The notes under the pieces: generated by a model | What the model was told of the DNA's origin: nothing | What the model saw: the letters and a program-made list of their open reading frames with translations, nothing else | The model's database searches: none | Assembly: GCF_009914755.1 (NCBI RefSeq) | Contig: NC_060929.1 | Source of the DNA: the human T2T-CHM13v2.0 reference genome, Homo sapiens | Length of the DNA: 64,000 bases | Reading direction: 5' to 3' (one strand) | Program-made: the position numbers and the translations under genes | In this document: positions 17,140 to 29,080 of the stretch, piece after piece | Position numbering within the stretch: the first letter of the stretch is position 1 | How the letters are laid out: the number at the start of each line of letters is the position of its first letter

Positions 17140-17430
17140 CATCCAGGCTAAAAGCAAACTCAGTTTTTCCAAAAGTCTTCCTTGACAATTACAGACCAAA
17201 GATTTGCTCCCTTCTTTGTGCTCTCAAAGGGTATTTGCTTCCTGCTTAATGTATTCTGTACAATAAAATAGTTGTTTGTATCATGATCTAATTCCATATT
17301 AATTTTTGAGTCTATTTAGTTTAGAATAATAATTTATTTATTTTTCTATTCCCTGGAAAAACAGACAAAATATTTTGCATAGAGAAGAAGGTCACTAAAT
17401 ATTTTTTAAATACCTATTGTTGAGCGAATA
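17140..17430 (+). mobile_element. L2 3' end fragment (diverged)
   Basis: gtcttccttgac...ctcccttctttgtgctc...cactaaatatt resembles the L2 3' terminus. Confidence 0.45.
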
Positions 17431-19647
17431 CAGTTGAAAGACCACAGTTAGCACAAACGGGAACCTTGGGCGTCCTCTTTCTCATCTTTAGTAAAATAAC
17501 ATCTTCATTCTTTAGACACGGGGAATAAGGACTTGCACATTATTTAAAAATTTAGTAATGTCTTGTTTAAAAAAATGTCATAATATTGACTCTGTTCCAC
17601 TAAGTATATCCCTATTTTAATTATTACTCTGTCTTCTCAAATGTTCCTTTCATTGGCTCTTATATTAAATAAAATCCCCCACTGAAGGTAAAAAAATAAT
17701 CCCCAAAACTTTTCTACCATTTGACAATGGGTACATAAAAGGTGTTGAAAATTCAAGCCTTATATTCTTACAGATATTTTAATTTCAGCATAATTTTTAT
17801 TCAACCCATCGTAGTGGCATCATCTACATCTTTTGATGTCATTCATGTCTTAGAAATATCTTGTTGAGTGAGTAGGCACGACAATTCTAGATATTGTTCT
17901 AGATATTTGCAATTAACCAGACCAGAGATATGATCAGGGCTAGGGCATAGGTCCATGAGGGAAAGAGTTGACAGGATATAAATTTACAGGGTGTATTTAA
18001 TACATTTTTAAAGGTCATACACTGACATGACTTTTAAGGCTCATGAAACCATATTAGGTTAATAAAACTGTAAATAAGACCATCAAAACTATACAGAAGG
18101 TAATCAAAAACATGGCACATTTATTTTCACTTGTTTCCTCCATGACATATGGGGGAAGACTCATACCCTTAACCTCGCCGGGTCATATTCAGAGTTTTCT
18201 ATAATATTAAAGCCTGACTATACTCTGGCAACTAGGTATGAGGAATCTTATCATCTACAGAGGAAAACAGATTTCTTCACACATAATCTGATTCTATTAA
18301 GAAAGCTGTTCTCTTTCATCTGAATAACACTGTGAAGGTAATTTACAAACAGTCCTATTTGAAATTGGAGAAATGTTTTCTTAATGATTTCTATCTGAAA
18401 GCGTTGTGATTTTCCTAGTACATAGAAGGAAGCAACGACAGTCATCTACTTATTCTACCCATTTACCTTCAAGCACATGCCCAAATGCCTTTTCAGATCT
18501 GCAGAGCAGGCACTTGACTATTCCTGTCTGTCAGGAGCAAATAGCAAAGAAAAATGTTTCGTTTTCTTCTCCTCTGCTCTAAGACTGCTCATTAGTAGTT
18601 TAACACTTTATGTATTCACACTTGTTTCTGTAAAGAGGTAAGCATCCCTGTTTTCAACTGAAAGCAATTACATAGATTTTTGTTTGATTTTGCTAAGTGC
18701 ATTTTACTGCTAAAACCTTCTCCTATATTTAGAACTTCAAAAGCTAGTCGATCTAAACTTCTAAGGAACACTGTTTATATGTCTAACCAAGCAGTAAATG
18801 TAGAGGTGAATTACACTAATTATGTTGACAAGTGCATTTGCAATCAATAAATTAATTCAATTCCGGTAACTAGCACAATAAGTATGGATTTGCATAAAAT
18901 AAAAACTCAAGGGGAAATATATGAAATATTAAGAATAGTTGGAATAACTAATTAGCTATTACAAATTTTACTTTATTTTCAATAGTAATGCATACTTACA
19001 AGCATTATCTCAATTATGTTATTTTTACATAACCATAGCTCCAAATTTATGGCAAATCACAAAATCAAGTTTGAAGAGATTTTCTATAAAATGTAAAATT
19101 AGTGACACTTAAATATTCCCTATATGTACAGTAAAGCTATTTTTAATCTTCTCTTTTTTTTGGGGGGTTTGCAGACAACTTAAAATAGGCCAAATTATAT
19201 AAAACAGTATTCAGTCAGACTTTTTTTAGTACTGGGGAAGTACCAGTGTTTAAAGTCTTTTAAACATTTCTCTGACCACAACAGTATTTTATATTCAATA
19301 GAATTTTAAGACTAATCTAATAATGAGGTGTTCATATTTTTCTGAGCAGAACTATTTTCTGCATTATTTATATAATGATCTGTGTATGTCTATAAATCTA
19401 CATAGACTAAGAGCACTTCAGTGATGAGCATTTTTAAGAAAGATATCCCTCTTTATTTTCATCTTCTTCTGACCATAGAAACACACAAGAAGTTACAGCA
19501 AGTTTAATGTAACAGAAGGCAGCTCACATTCTGGAATTCTTTGACTCATAATCTGTAGTTTCTGTAGTTCTTTACACTGACAAGACAATGTTAAAAACAT
19601 TTGCAACTCTAGCCAACCAAGTGAATACAACAATTCTTATATATCGT

Positions 19648-20253
19648 TGTGAACAGACTGTAAGGTGATCTTTAATTTCCTACCTCCTGTTATCTACCCC
19701 TCTGTGTAATTTCATCCTGTTGGATGCAGGCAAGACCTGTCCCTTGCTTCTAATGAATCACTCAATTTGGTTATATTATATGGTAAAGAAAATGAGATGC
19801 CACTTCTATGATTTTATTATCCTATATAAGATTTTATCCCAGCAGACTCTACTGAAAGATTCTTCTGGTTGACTAAACAGCCGTGTTAAGGAAGCCTCTG
19901 GGGCAAGGAAGTGGGGAATGGGCCCTGGGAATTCTGACCTGGGTCTAAAATGTGAAGTTTGCCTCCAGACAAAAGCCCAGAAAAGCAGAGGTTCTCAGTC
20001 ATGCAGCCTCCAGTAAATGAATTCTGACAAAACTTGAATAAGCTTGAAATCAGATTCTTTCCTAGTCAAGCCTCCAGATGACATAATCCAGCTGACACCT
20101 TGACTGTAGCCTTGTGAAACCCCGAACAGGGCACCCAATAAAGCTGTGCCCAGATTCCTGAACTACTGAATGGCCATGAGATAATAAATGTGTGTTATTT
20201 CAAGATATTAAGTTTGTGTTGTGATAATTATCTATGCAGCTAGGAAACCAACA
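19648..20253 (+). mobile_element. MLT1E/F-like solo LTR
   Basis: tgaataagcttgaaatcagattctttcctagtcaagcctccagatga...gacaccttgactgtagccttgtga...ataataaatgtgtgttattt. Confidence 0.8.
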
Positions 20254-20362
20254 TGCCTATGGATATAATAATAATAACCATTATTATTATTATACTGCTG
20301 TGGCCTGAATCTTTGTGTCTCCCTAAAATTCACATGTAGAAATCTAATCACGAATGTGCCAG

Positions 20363-20727
20363 TGTCTGAGCCTGTTCAGACTCTGCTATAACAGAATATC
20401 ATAAACTGGGTGGATTATAAAGAGAAATTTTTTCTTACAGTTCTGCAGGCTAGAAAGTCCAAAATCAGGGTGCAAGAATGGCTGGGTTCTGGTGAGAGCC
20501 TACTTCCTGGTTCATAGATGATTGGCTTCTTGCTGTGTCCTCACAGGGTGAAAGGGAGCAAGAAAGTTCTCTGGGATCTCTTTTCTAAGGGCACCAATTC
20601 TATTTATGAAGACCCGAGCCTCATGACCTAATCACCTCCCAAAAGCTCAAACTCTTAATACTATTACATTGGGAATTAGGTTTCAACTTATAAATGCGGG
20701 GTGGAGACAGACATTCAGACCCTAAGA
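20363..20727 (-). mobile_element. MLT1A0-like LTR nested in the opposite-strand MLT1
   Basis: tgtctgag...ctgctataacagaatatcataaactgggtgg...catgacctaatcacctccc...acattcagacc. Confidence 0.85.
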
Positions 20728-20988
20728 GTTGGGTTATTGCAATGATATTAGGAAATGGGTCTTTTGGAAGTTAATTAGGTCATGAGGCAGAACCAGCATT
20801 AATGGAATTATTATCATTTCAAAAGGAGTGCCAGAGAGTTTCATTGTTTCCTCCACCATCTGAGGACACAGAGAGAAAACTCTGTGAACCAGAAAGCACA
20901 GACACAGAATATGCCAGTGACTTGATCTTGGACTTACCAGCCTCTAGAACCATATGAAATAAATTTCTATTATTTAAAAGTCACCAAG

Positions 20989-21399
20989 GGATTGCATAAA
21001 GAAAATGTGGTACATATACACCATGGAATGTTATGCAGCCATACAAAGAACAAAATCTTGTCCTCTGCAGCAACATGGATGCTGCTGGAGGCCATTATCC
21101 TAAGAGAACTAATGCATAACAGAAAACCAAATACTACATGTTCTCTTTTATAAGTGGGAGCTAAACATTGGGTACACGTGGACATAAAAGTAAGAACAAC
21201 ATACACCAGGAAGTACAAGAGTGGGAAGAGCAGCAGGGGGACAAGCATTAAAAATCTACCTGTTGGGAACTATGCTCACCATCTGGGGGACAGATTAATT
21301 TATACTCCAAACCTCAACATCATGCGACATATCTTTCTAATAAACCTCCATATGTATCCTTTGAATCTAAAAATAAACATTAACAAATTAAAATTTTAA
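20989..21399 (+). mobile_element. L1PA15/16-like 3' end inserted in the MLT1
   Basis: aagaaaatgtggtacatatacaccatggaa...gtgggagctaaacattgggtacac...ccaaacctcaacatcatgc; degenerate TSD aaaagtcaccaag (20976-20988) / aaaagccatcaag (21400-21412). Confidence 0.9.
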
Positions 21400-22717
21400 A
21401 AAAGCCATCAAGTTTATGGTATTTTGTTATAGCATTCCAGAAATAATAAGATATATTTTTATATCTCTCCAAATTAAAGTATAATGCATCAAACATATCA
21501 AATAGAAATATCCAGTTGTTTAGATGTAATAGTTTTCTTATCTTTCTTAATAATCAGTGTCACAAAAATGAGTTTGATAAAAATGCTGATTTGTTTTAGC
21601 CATCTTAGATACACACTTGACCAAGTCACAAAAACATCGGGTCATGAAGTCATCTTTCTGCAATATCCTGAGTTCAAATAAATCTTGTAAGTCTGTCTGG
21701 TGGGAAAATAAAATGGTGGAGTACAGAAGGCAACATTTGTGGAGCAAATTTACGAAGAAGTATCAGGAATACAAGTGGAAGATTCAGCAAGCTGCTTCTT
21801 CTAACTGCAACTCCCATCTCCACCCAATGCAACACAGACTTGCTAAACTGGAATTTTTTCTATTTGAAAAATGCTCTGGAACTTCAACCTTCAAGGGAGA
21901 GAGTTCACTCTCTAATAATAAGTAGATCCATGTTAGTAGGAATTAACTAATTTTTTTACACACCAAAAAAAGTATTTTGGACTCCCAATAATTTTAAAAA
22001 CCTACATAAAAAGATTTACATTTTTGAAACAGAAGACTATATTGATTTTGTTATGACATGTTGAGATACTCAGAGATATATTTTATAGAAACTAGTCTAG
22101 CGAAGATCAATAAATTTTGAATGTATTCATCTCAAAAAAAGATTGTGAAATAAACATGGATTGCCTATCAAAACAACATATGTTTTATGTCAAACTAGGT
22201 TATTTGATGAGGAGGTGTATACTAAATCTTTCAGCTTCTATACATGCCACAGATATGTTAAAATATTAATTTATGATTAAAAATGCTATAAATAACAATT
22301 AAGTGGCCTTTGACAAATATTGCACTTAAAGGTTTAAAACATAGTTGACGTCTGTTAATCAGGAAATGGAATGTACTCAGCAGTTTCCTTGTAAAGTTTG
22401 CATTGTAATTATTTTATGGAGGACAAAACAAATGAAAAGTGTAAAACTGATGCTACTTATTTTTCCCCATTGAGGGAATTTCTGCCATATGTTCCATGTT
22501 CAGTACACACAAATTGGTTATTGCTATGTCTGTCTCACTACTCTGCTCACAGAGCCATAACAAAGCAAATCCATACATGGGCCTCTTATTCAGGCATTAG
22601 ATTTTAATACATTCGTCTAATGTTTTCTAAAAGGCCTCCATTCTTGGCCAACTTCTATTTAATATATGTATTTTTTTAATTTTCCAAGTGAATGAATACA
22701 TTTTGCTGAGCAAATTA

Positions 22718-23060
<343 letters not shown>

Positions 23061-23236
23061 AAATAAAATGTATGGGAAATACTCACTTGAAATACTCAGA
23101 ATCCTAAAAAAATCTTAATGATAGGTTGAATAAAGATTTTGCTTAAATAAAACATATTAATAAAAGTCCTCCATTTTGTTATCTAACTTTAAAATGCAGA
23201 AAAATTTGACAAGCCTCAAGGCAAGAAAACAATTTA

Positions 23237-23363
23237 GGCCAGGTGTGGTGGCTCATATCTGTAATCCCATCAATTTGGGAAGCCACATCAGAGGATTGCT
23301 TGAGGTCAGGAGTTCAAGGCCAGCTTGGGCAGCATAGTGAGGCCTCTTCTGTACTAAAAATTT
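23237..23363 (+). mobile_element. AluJ left arm (split by L1PB1)
   Basis: gaggattgcttgagg...ccagcttgggcagcatagtgag AluJ diagnostics; stops in the A-rich linker. Confidence 0.85.
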
Positions 23364-25570
23364 GAAATCCTTAACAAAATATTAGCTAACCAAATCCAAC
23401 AACATTACAAAAAGAAAATTCACCATGATCAAGTGGATTTCATACCAGGGATGCAGGGATCGTTTAACAAATGCAAGCCAATAAATATGATATACCACAT
23501 AAACAGAATTAAAAACAAAAATCACATGATCATCTCAATAGATGCAGAAAAGCACTGGACAAAATCCAGCATCCCTTTATGATTAAAACCTTCAGCAAAA
23601 TTGGCATGCAAAGGACATACCTTAATGTAATAAAAGCCATCTATGACAAACCCACAGGCAACATAATACTAAATGGGGAAAAGATGAAAGCATTCCCTCT
23701 GAGAAGGGGAACAAGACAAGGATGCTGACTCTCACCACTCCTCTTCAACGTCGTACTGGAAGTCCTAGCCAGAGCAATGAGATCAACAGAAAGAAATAAA
23801 GGGCATCCAAATCAGTAAAGAGGAAGTCAAACTGTCCCTGTTTGCTGACCATATGATCGTTTACCTTGAAAACCCTAGAACTGATAAAAGAATTCATCAC
23901 AGTTTCTGGGTACAAGATTAATGTACACAAATCAGTAGCTCTTCTATATACCAACAGCAACCAAGTGAAGAATCAAATCAAGAACTCAACCCCTTTTACA
24001 ATAGCTGAAAAAAAATTCTTATGAATATACTTAACAAAGGAGTCAAACGACTTCTACAAGGAAAAGTGCAAAACACTGCTGAAAGAAAACACAGATGACA
24101 CAAATGGAAACACATTCAATGATCATGGATGGGTAGAATCAATATTGTGAAAATGACCATACTGCCAAAAGCAATCTACAAATTCAATGCAATCCTCATC
24201 AAAATACCACCATCATTCTTCACAGAACTAGGAAAAAAAAAAAAAAAAACACTTCTAAAATTCTTACGGAACCAAAAAGAAAAACAGAGCCTGCATAGCC
24301 AAAGCAAGACTAAGCAAGAAGAACAAATCTGGAGACATCACACTACCCGATTTCAAACTACCCTATAAGGCCATAGTCACCAAAACAGCATGGTACTGGC
24401 ATAAAAATAGGCACATAGACCAGTAGAAGAGAATAGAGAACCCAGAAATAAACCCAAATACTTACAGCCAACTGATCTTCGACAAAGCAAACAAAAACAT
24501 GAAGTCAGAAAGGACACCCTTTTCAACCAGTGGTGCTGGGATAATTGACTAGCCACATGTAGGAGAATAAAACTGGTTCCTCATCTCTCACCTTATAAAA
24601 AATTCAACCAAGATAAATTAAGGACTTAAACCTAATACCTGAAACCATAAAAATTCTAGAAGATTCCACTGGAAAAATTCTTCTGGAAATTGGCTTAGGC
24701 AAGGATTTCATGACCAAAAACCCAAAAATAAAAGCAATGAAAATGAAGATAAATAGCTGGGACCTAATTAAACTGAACAGTTTTTGCACAGCCAAAGGAA
24801 GAGTAAGCAGAGTACACAGACAACCCACAGAGTGGGAGAAAAGCTTCACAATCTATATATCTCATGAAGGACTAATAACCAGAATCTACAACAAACTCAA
24901 ACAAATCAGTAAACAAAAAAACAAACAAACAAACAAAAAAAACAGTCTCATCAAAAACTGGGCTAAGGACATGAAACTATCTTTTAAGAATAGACAGTTC
25001 TCAAAATAAGACATAAATGGCCAATAAACATGTGAAAAAAATGCTCAACATCATTAATGATCAGGGAAATGGAAATCAAAACCACAATGTGATGCCACCT
25101 TACTCCTGCAAGAATGGCCATAATCAAAAAATTTAATAAAAGTAGATGTTGGCATGGATGTGGTGATCAGGGAACACTTCCACACTGCTGGTGGGAATGT
25201 AAACTAGTACAGCCACTACGGAAAACCGTGCGGAGATTCCTTAAAGAACTAAAAGTAGAACTACCATTGGATTCAGCAATCCCACTACTGGGTATCTACC
25301 CAGAGGAAAAGAAGTCATTTTTTGAAAAAGATACTTGCACACACCTTTATAGCAGCACAATTCACAATTGCAAAATCGTGGAACCAACCTAAATGCCCAT
25401 CGGTCAGTGAGATCAATGAAGGGATAAAGAGGTCAATGAGGTCAATGAGAGGATAAATGCCCATTGGTCAATGAGGTCAATGAGGGGATAAAGAAATTGT
25501 GGTGTATATATATATGTATATACCACATATGTATATATATGTACATACATATACACCATATATGTATATA

Positions 25571-25679
25571 CATGTATATATGTATATATGCATATATATA
25601 CATGTATATATGTATATATGCATATATATACATGTATATATGTATATATGCATATATATACATGTATATATGTATATAT
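25571..25679. repeat. 30-bp minisatellite, ~3.6 perfect copies
   Basis: Unit catgtatatatgtatatatgcatatatata. Confidence 0.9.
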
Positions 25680-25707
25680 TTAATGAAATACTACTTACAT
25701 GTATATA

Positions 25708-25795
25708 TAATGAAATTATATACGATGTATATATAATGAAGTTATATACGATGTATATATAATGAAGTTATATACGATGTATATATATAATGAAT
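25708..25795. repeat. 26-bp minisatellite, ~3 copies
   Basis: Unit taatgaa(a/g)ttatatacgatgtatata starting at 25708, 25734 and 25760. Confidence 0.85.
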
Positions 25796-26192
25796 TATAT
25801 ATATGTAATGAAATACTACTTATATATATATATATAAAATGAAATACTACTCAGCCATAAAAAGGAATGAGTTAACAGCATTTGCAATGACCTGAATCAG
25901 AATGGAGACTATTATTCTAAGTGAAGTAACTCAGGAATGGGAAACCAAAGATTGCATGTTCTCACTGATATGTGGGAGCTAAGCTATAAGGACACAAAGG
26001 GGTCAGAATGATACAATGGACTTTGGGGACTTGAGGGGAAGAATGGAAGGGAGCGAGGGATAAAATACAACGTATATGGTGCAGGGTATACTGCTCTGGT
26101 GATGGGTGCACCAGGATCTCACAAATCACCACTAAATAACTTACTCATGTAACCTAATACCACCTGTACCCCAATAACTTATGGAAAAATTT

Positions 26193-26208
26193 ATATATTT
26201 ATATATAT

Positions 26209-26239
<31 letters not shown>

Positions 26240-26240
26240 A
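26193..26240. repeat. (TA)n(CA)n(TA)n microsatellite
   Basis: Direct reading; lies between the L1 tail and the Alu right arm. Confidence 0.85.
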
Positions 26241-26249
26241 AATAAAATA

Positions 26250-26410
26250 AAAAATTAGCAAGGCATGGTGGTGTTTAACTGTAGTCCCTGCTACTCAAGA
26301 CACTGAGGCAAGAGGACAGCTTGAGTCCAGTAGGTAGAGACTGAAATGAGCTATGATTATACCACTGCATCCTAGCCTAGGTGAGACAGTGTGACACTGT
26401 CTCTAAAAGA
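26250..26410 (+). mobile_element. AluJ right arm
   Basis: aattagcaaggcatggtgg...gagctatgattataccactgca...acactgtctct. Confidence 0.85.
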
Positions 26411-26557
26411 GAGGGAGAAAAAGGAGGGAGGGATGAAAGAGAAAGGGGTGGGGGATGAAACCAGCAATTTTAGTTGGCTGTAAATTTATTATGGATTATC
26501 ACTGTAAAGCAAATAAATGTTATTTGCTTTACAGTTATTCTAATCTGCATTAAGGTT

Positions 26558-26935
26558 TGCTAAGCCTTTAATGTGTCCACTTCAAAATTCAGGTGTTAAA
26601 ACTTAATAGCCAAGGAGGTGGGGCCTTTAAGAGGTGATTAAGTCATGAGAGGTCGTCCCTCATGAATGGGATTTAGAAGCTTCAGGCAGCAGCAGTATTG
26701 GGCTTCCTTGCCTTGTGCCTCTGCAATGTGAGAACACATGGCTCCTCCCCTCCAGAAGATGCAGCAACAAGGCGCTATCTTGGAATCATAGAGCAGTCTT
26801 AAGAAGATAACTGAAGGTGCTGGCCTCTTGACCTTGCACTTCTCAGTTTCCAAAATTGTGAGAAATAAATGTATTTTCTTTATAAATTACCCAGTCTACA
26901 GTATTTTGTTATAGCAGCACAAGTAGAGTAAGACG
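26558..26935 (+). mobile_element. MSTC/D-like solo LTR
   Basis: ggaggtggggcctttaagaggtgatta...gatgcagcaacaaggcgctatcttgga...tataaattacccagtct. Confidence 0.85.
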
Positions 26936-27810
26936 AAGACAGAGCCTCATATTAATTTGTGGTAAATTAGAGTTAAATTCCACAAGAATTCAAATTGTAA
27001 TAACATGTCATTAGCACACTAGTCCGGTTCTCAAGAGATCAGGCTAATGTTCTTATCTTGGAGAAATATTGAGAGAAACACAGTATGAGAAAACAATACC
27101 AGGACATTTGTTTATGAGAACCTCACTTTGACTGATTATAAAGCAGTAGGTTGCTCCCAGGGTCCTGAGAGGTACATTTTGAAGTGAGAAGACTATTGAT
27201 TTTGTTGTTTCAATGCTATCTCTCTGGAAACTTACAATTGGCTCCAAATAACTGGAAATTTCCTGACTCATTCCCTGTTGGTGTCCTGGAAGCTTCACCT
27301 AGCCACAGTAATCAAAATCATTTGGATCTCCCAGTGGGACTTCTGGAACACTTGGAGTGCCTGTGTTGTCTCTAGTTATGTTTTTATTCTCAGTAAGTCA
27401 CAAAGAATAATTTTAAGGAATCTTCTTTTTTTTGGATCTCACTTATTTAAATGGGGGGCAATACATTAAGAAGAAAGCTGAAAGGTAAGACTAGAACAGT
27501 TACCTAGGTTATCTTTGATTCTAAGAAATACAGCATGAAAATTACACACATACAGAATTTGCTTTAAAATAACCATTCCAATACTGAGATTATGTTGGAA
27601 TATACCTGGATGTAATTACTCCTGTACACTGTTATTTAAATTCACCACTGAGAGACTGACAACTGCAAATATTGTATACAAAAGTCAAATACTTTATAGA
27701 AATGGATTACTTCCACAAGGTATCTCATTCCTGATTTTCTATGTTTTTTTTATGATCCAAAAATCTTTAAAATGATAAAATAGGTAGAAATTGTAAGATT
27801 ATTTTCGAAA

Positions 27811-28850
27811 ATTTATTTTTATTGTATACATTGAAAGTATACAACTTGATGTTACTTATACTTACAAATTAACACATAAGTATCTCTCTTTGTAATATGA
27901 ACACCTAAAATATACTCTTATTCTCACGTTTTCAATGCACAATAAATATGATTAACGATAGTCTTCCTGCTGGACATTAGATCTCCAGACTATTTCATCC
28001 TACGTAACTGTAAGTCTGTGCTCTTTGACCTACATTTCCCTTTTTTCTCTCTCTCCCTAAGCCTGATAACCGACATTCTAAATTCTCTTTTCATGCATTT
28101 GAGTTTTTTTTAATTCCCCATATGAATGAGATAATAAATTATTTGTATTTCTGTGTCTGGCCTGTTTTATTTAACATATATAAAGTCCTCCAAGTTCATC
28201 CATGTTGTAGCAAATGAAACCGAATAATATTCATATACAATCACAATTTCTTTATCCATTCATTTCTTGATGGGCGCTTAAGTTGATTTCATATTTGGTG
28301 ATTATGGATAATACTAAAATGAGCACACAAGTGCAGACATCTCTGTGAGGTGCTGATTTTATTTCCCTTGGATATATACCCAGCAGAGAGATTACTATAT
28401 TATATGGTAGTCTTATTTTTAATTTTTTTTGAAGAGTTTCTATACTCTTTTCCATAATAGCTGTGCCAATTTACACTCCCACCAACAGTGTACAACGTTT
28501 GCTTTTTTGCCACACTCTAGCCAACACTTGTTCTTTTTTGTCTTTTTGATAACCATTCCAACAGGTGTGAAGTAATATATCTCATTGTGTTTTTGATTTC
28601 TCTGATGTTTAGTGATGTCATCACTAATCATTAGTGAACACTTTTTGTGTATCTGTTGGCCACTTGTCTGTTTTCTTTGCTAATGCATATATACAGGTCC
28701 TTTGCTCATTTTTTAACAGAGCTATTAGGTTTTTTCTTTGGGTGTTTTTGTTTTTGTTATTGAGCTGTGTAAGTTTTTTGTGTACTTTAGATATTAATCT
28801 CTTATCAGCTACATGGCTAAAAAATATTTTCTCCTAATCTGTAGGCCCCT
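27811..28850 (-). mobile_element. L1MA8/9-like 3' end
   Basis: cattagatctccagact...; ORFs 28252-28455 and 28440-28631 resemble the L1 ORF2 C-terminus (CW..CG.K...HCWWECKL). Confidence 0.85.
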
Positions 28851-28959
28851 TTTTTATTTGAAAAGTAGAATTCTCATTTCTTGGACATAGTAGAAAGAAA
28901 GTGCTTGGAGATTTGAATAAAACAAATTTGATTAAAAACCCTAATTTAGTCATGTTCAA

Positions 28960-29080
28960 GTTAAGGAATTTAGGCAAGCTACTTAAACTCTTGGGAATTC
29001 GTCTATAAAATAGGGATAAAATAAAATTACAGTTATTGCTGCAATTGCAGAGAACATAATTACAGAATGAAAATTGCAAG
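28960..29080 (+). mobile_element. MIR fragment
   Basis: ttaggcaagctacttaaactct...tcgtctataaaatagggataa MIR core. Confidence 0.55.

Larger units (their letters stand above)
20296..21453 (+). mobile_element. MLT1A-like LTR split into three pieces (20296-20362, ~20745-20988, 21400-21453)
   Basis: The LTR consensus order continues across two inserted elements. Confidence 0.75.
23364..26192 (+). mobile_element. 5'-truncated L1PB1-like element
   Basis: ORF2 RT remnants ([21 protein letters not shown]; FADD changed to FADH); 3' end ggtgatgggtgcacc...caaatcaccactaa...ccccaataacttatggaaaaat. Confidence 0.92.

Noticed and set aside
25442-25762. Y/I/M/C-rich repetitive ORFs and a CRISPR-like periodic appearance
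   Set aside because: Translation of TA-rich minisatellites; no unique spacers, no cas genes, and the DNA is eukaryotic.
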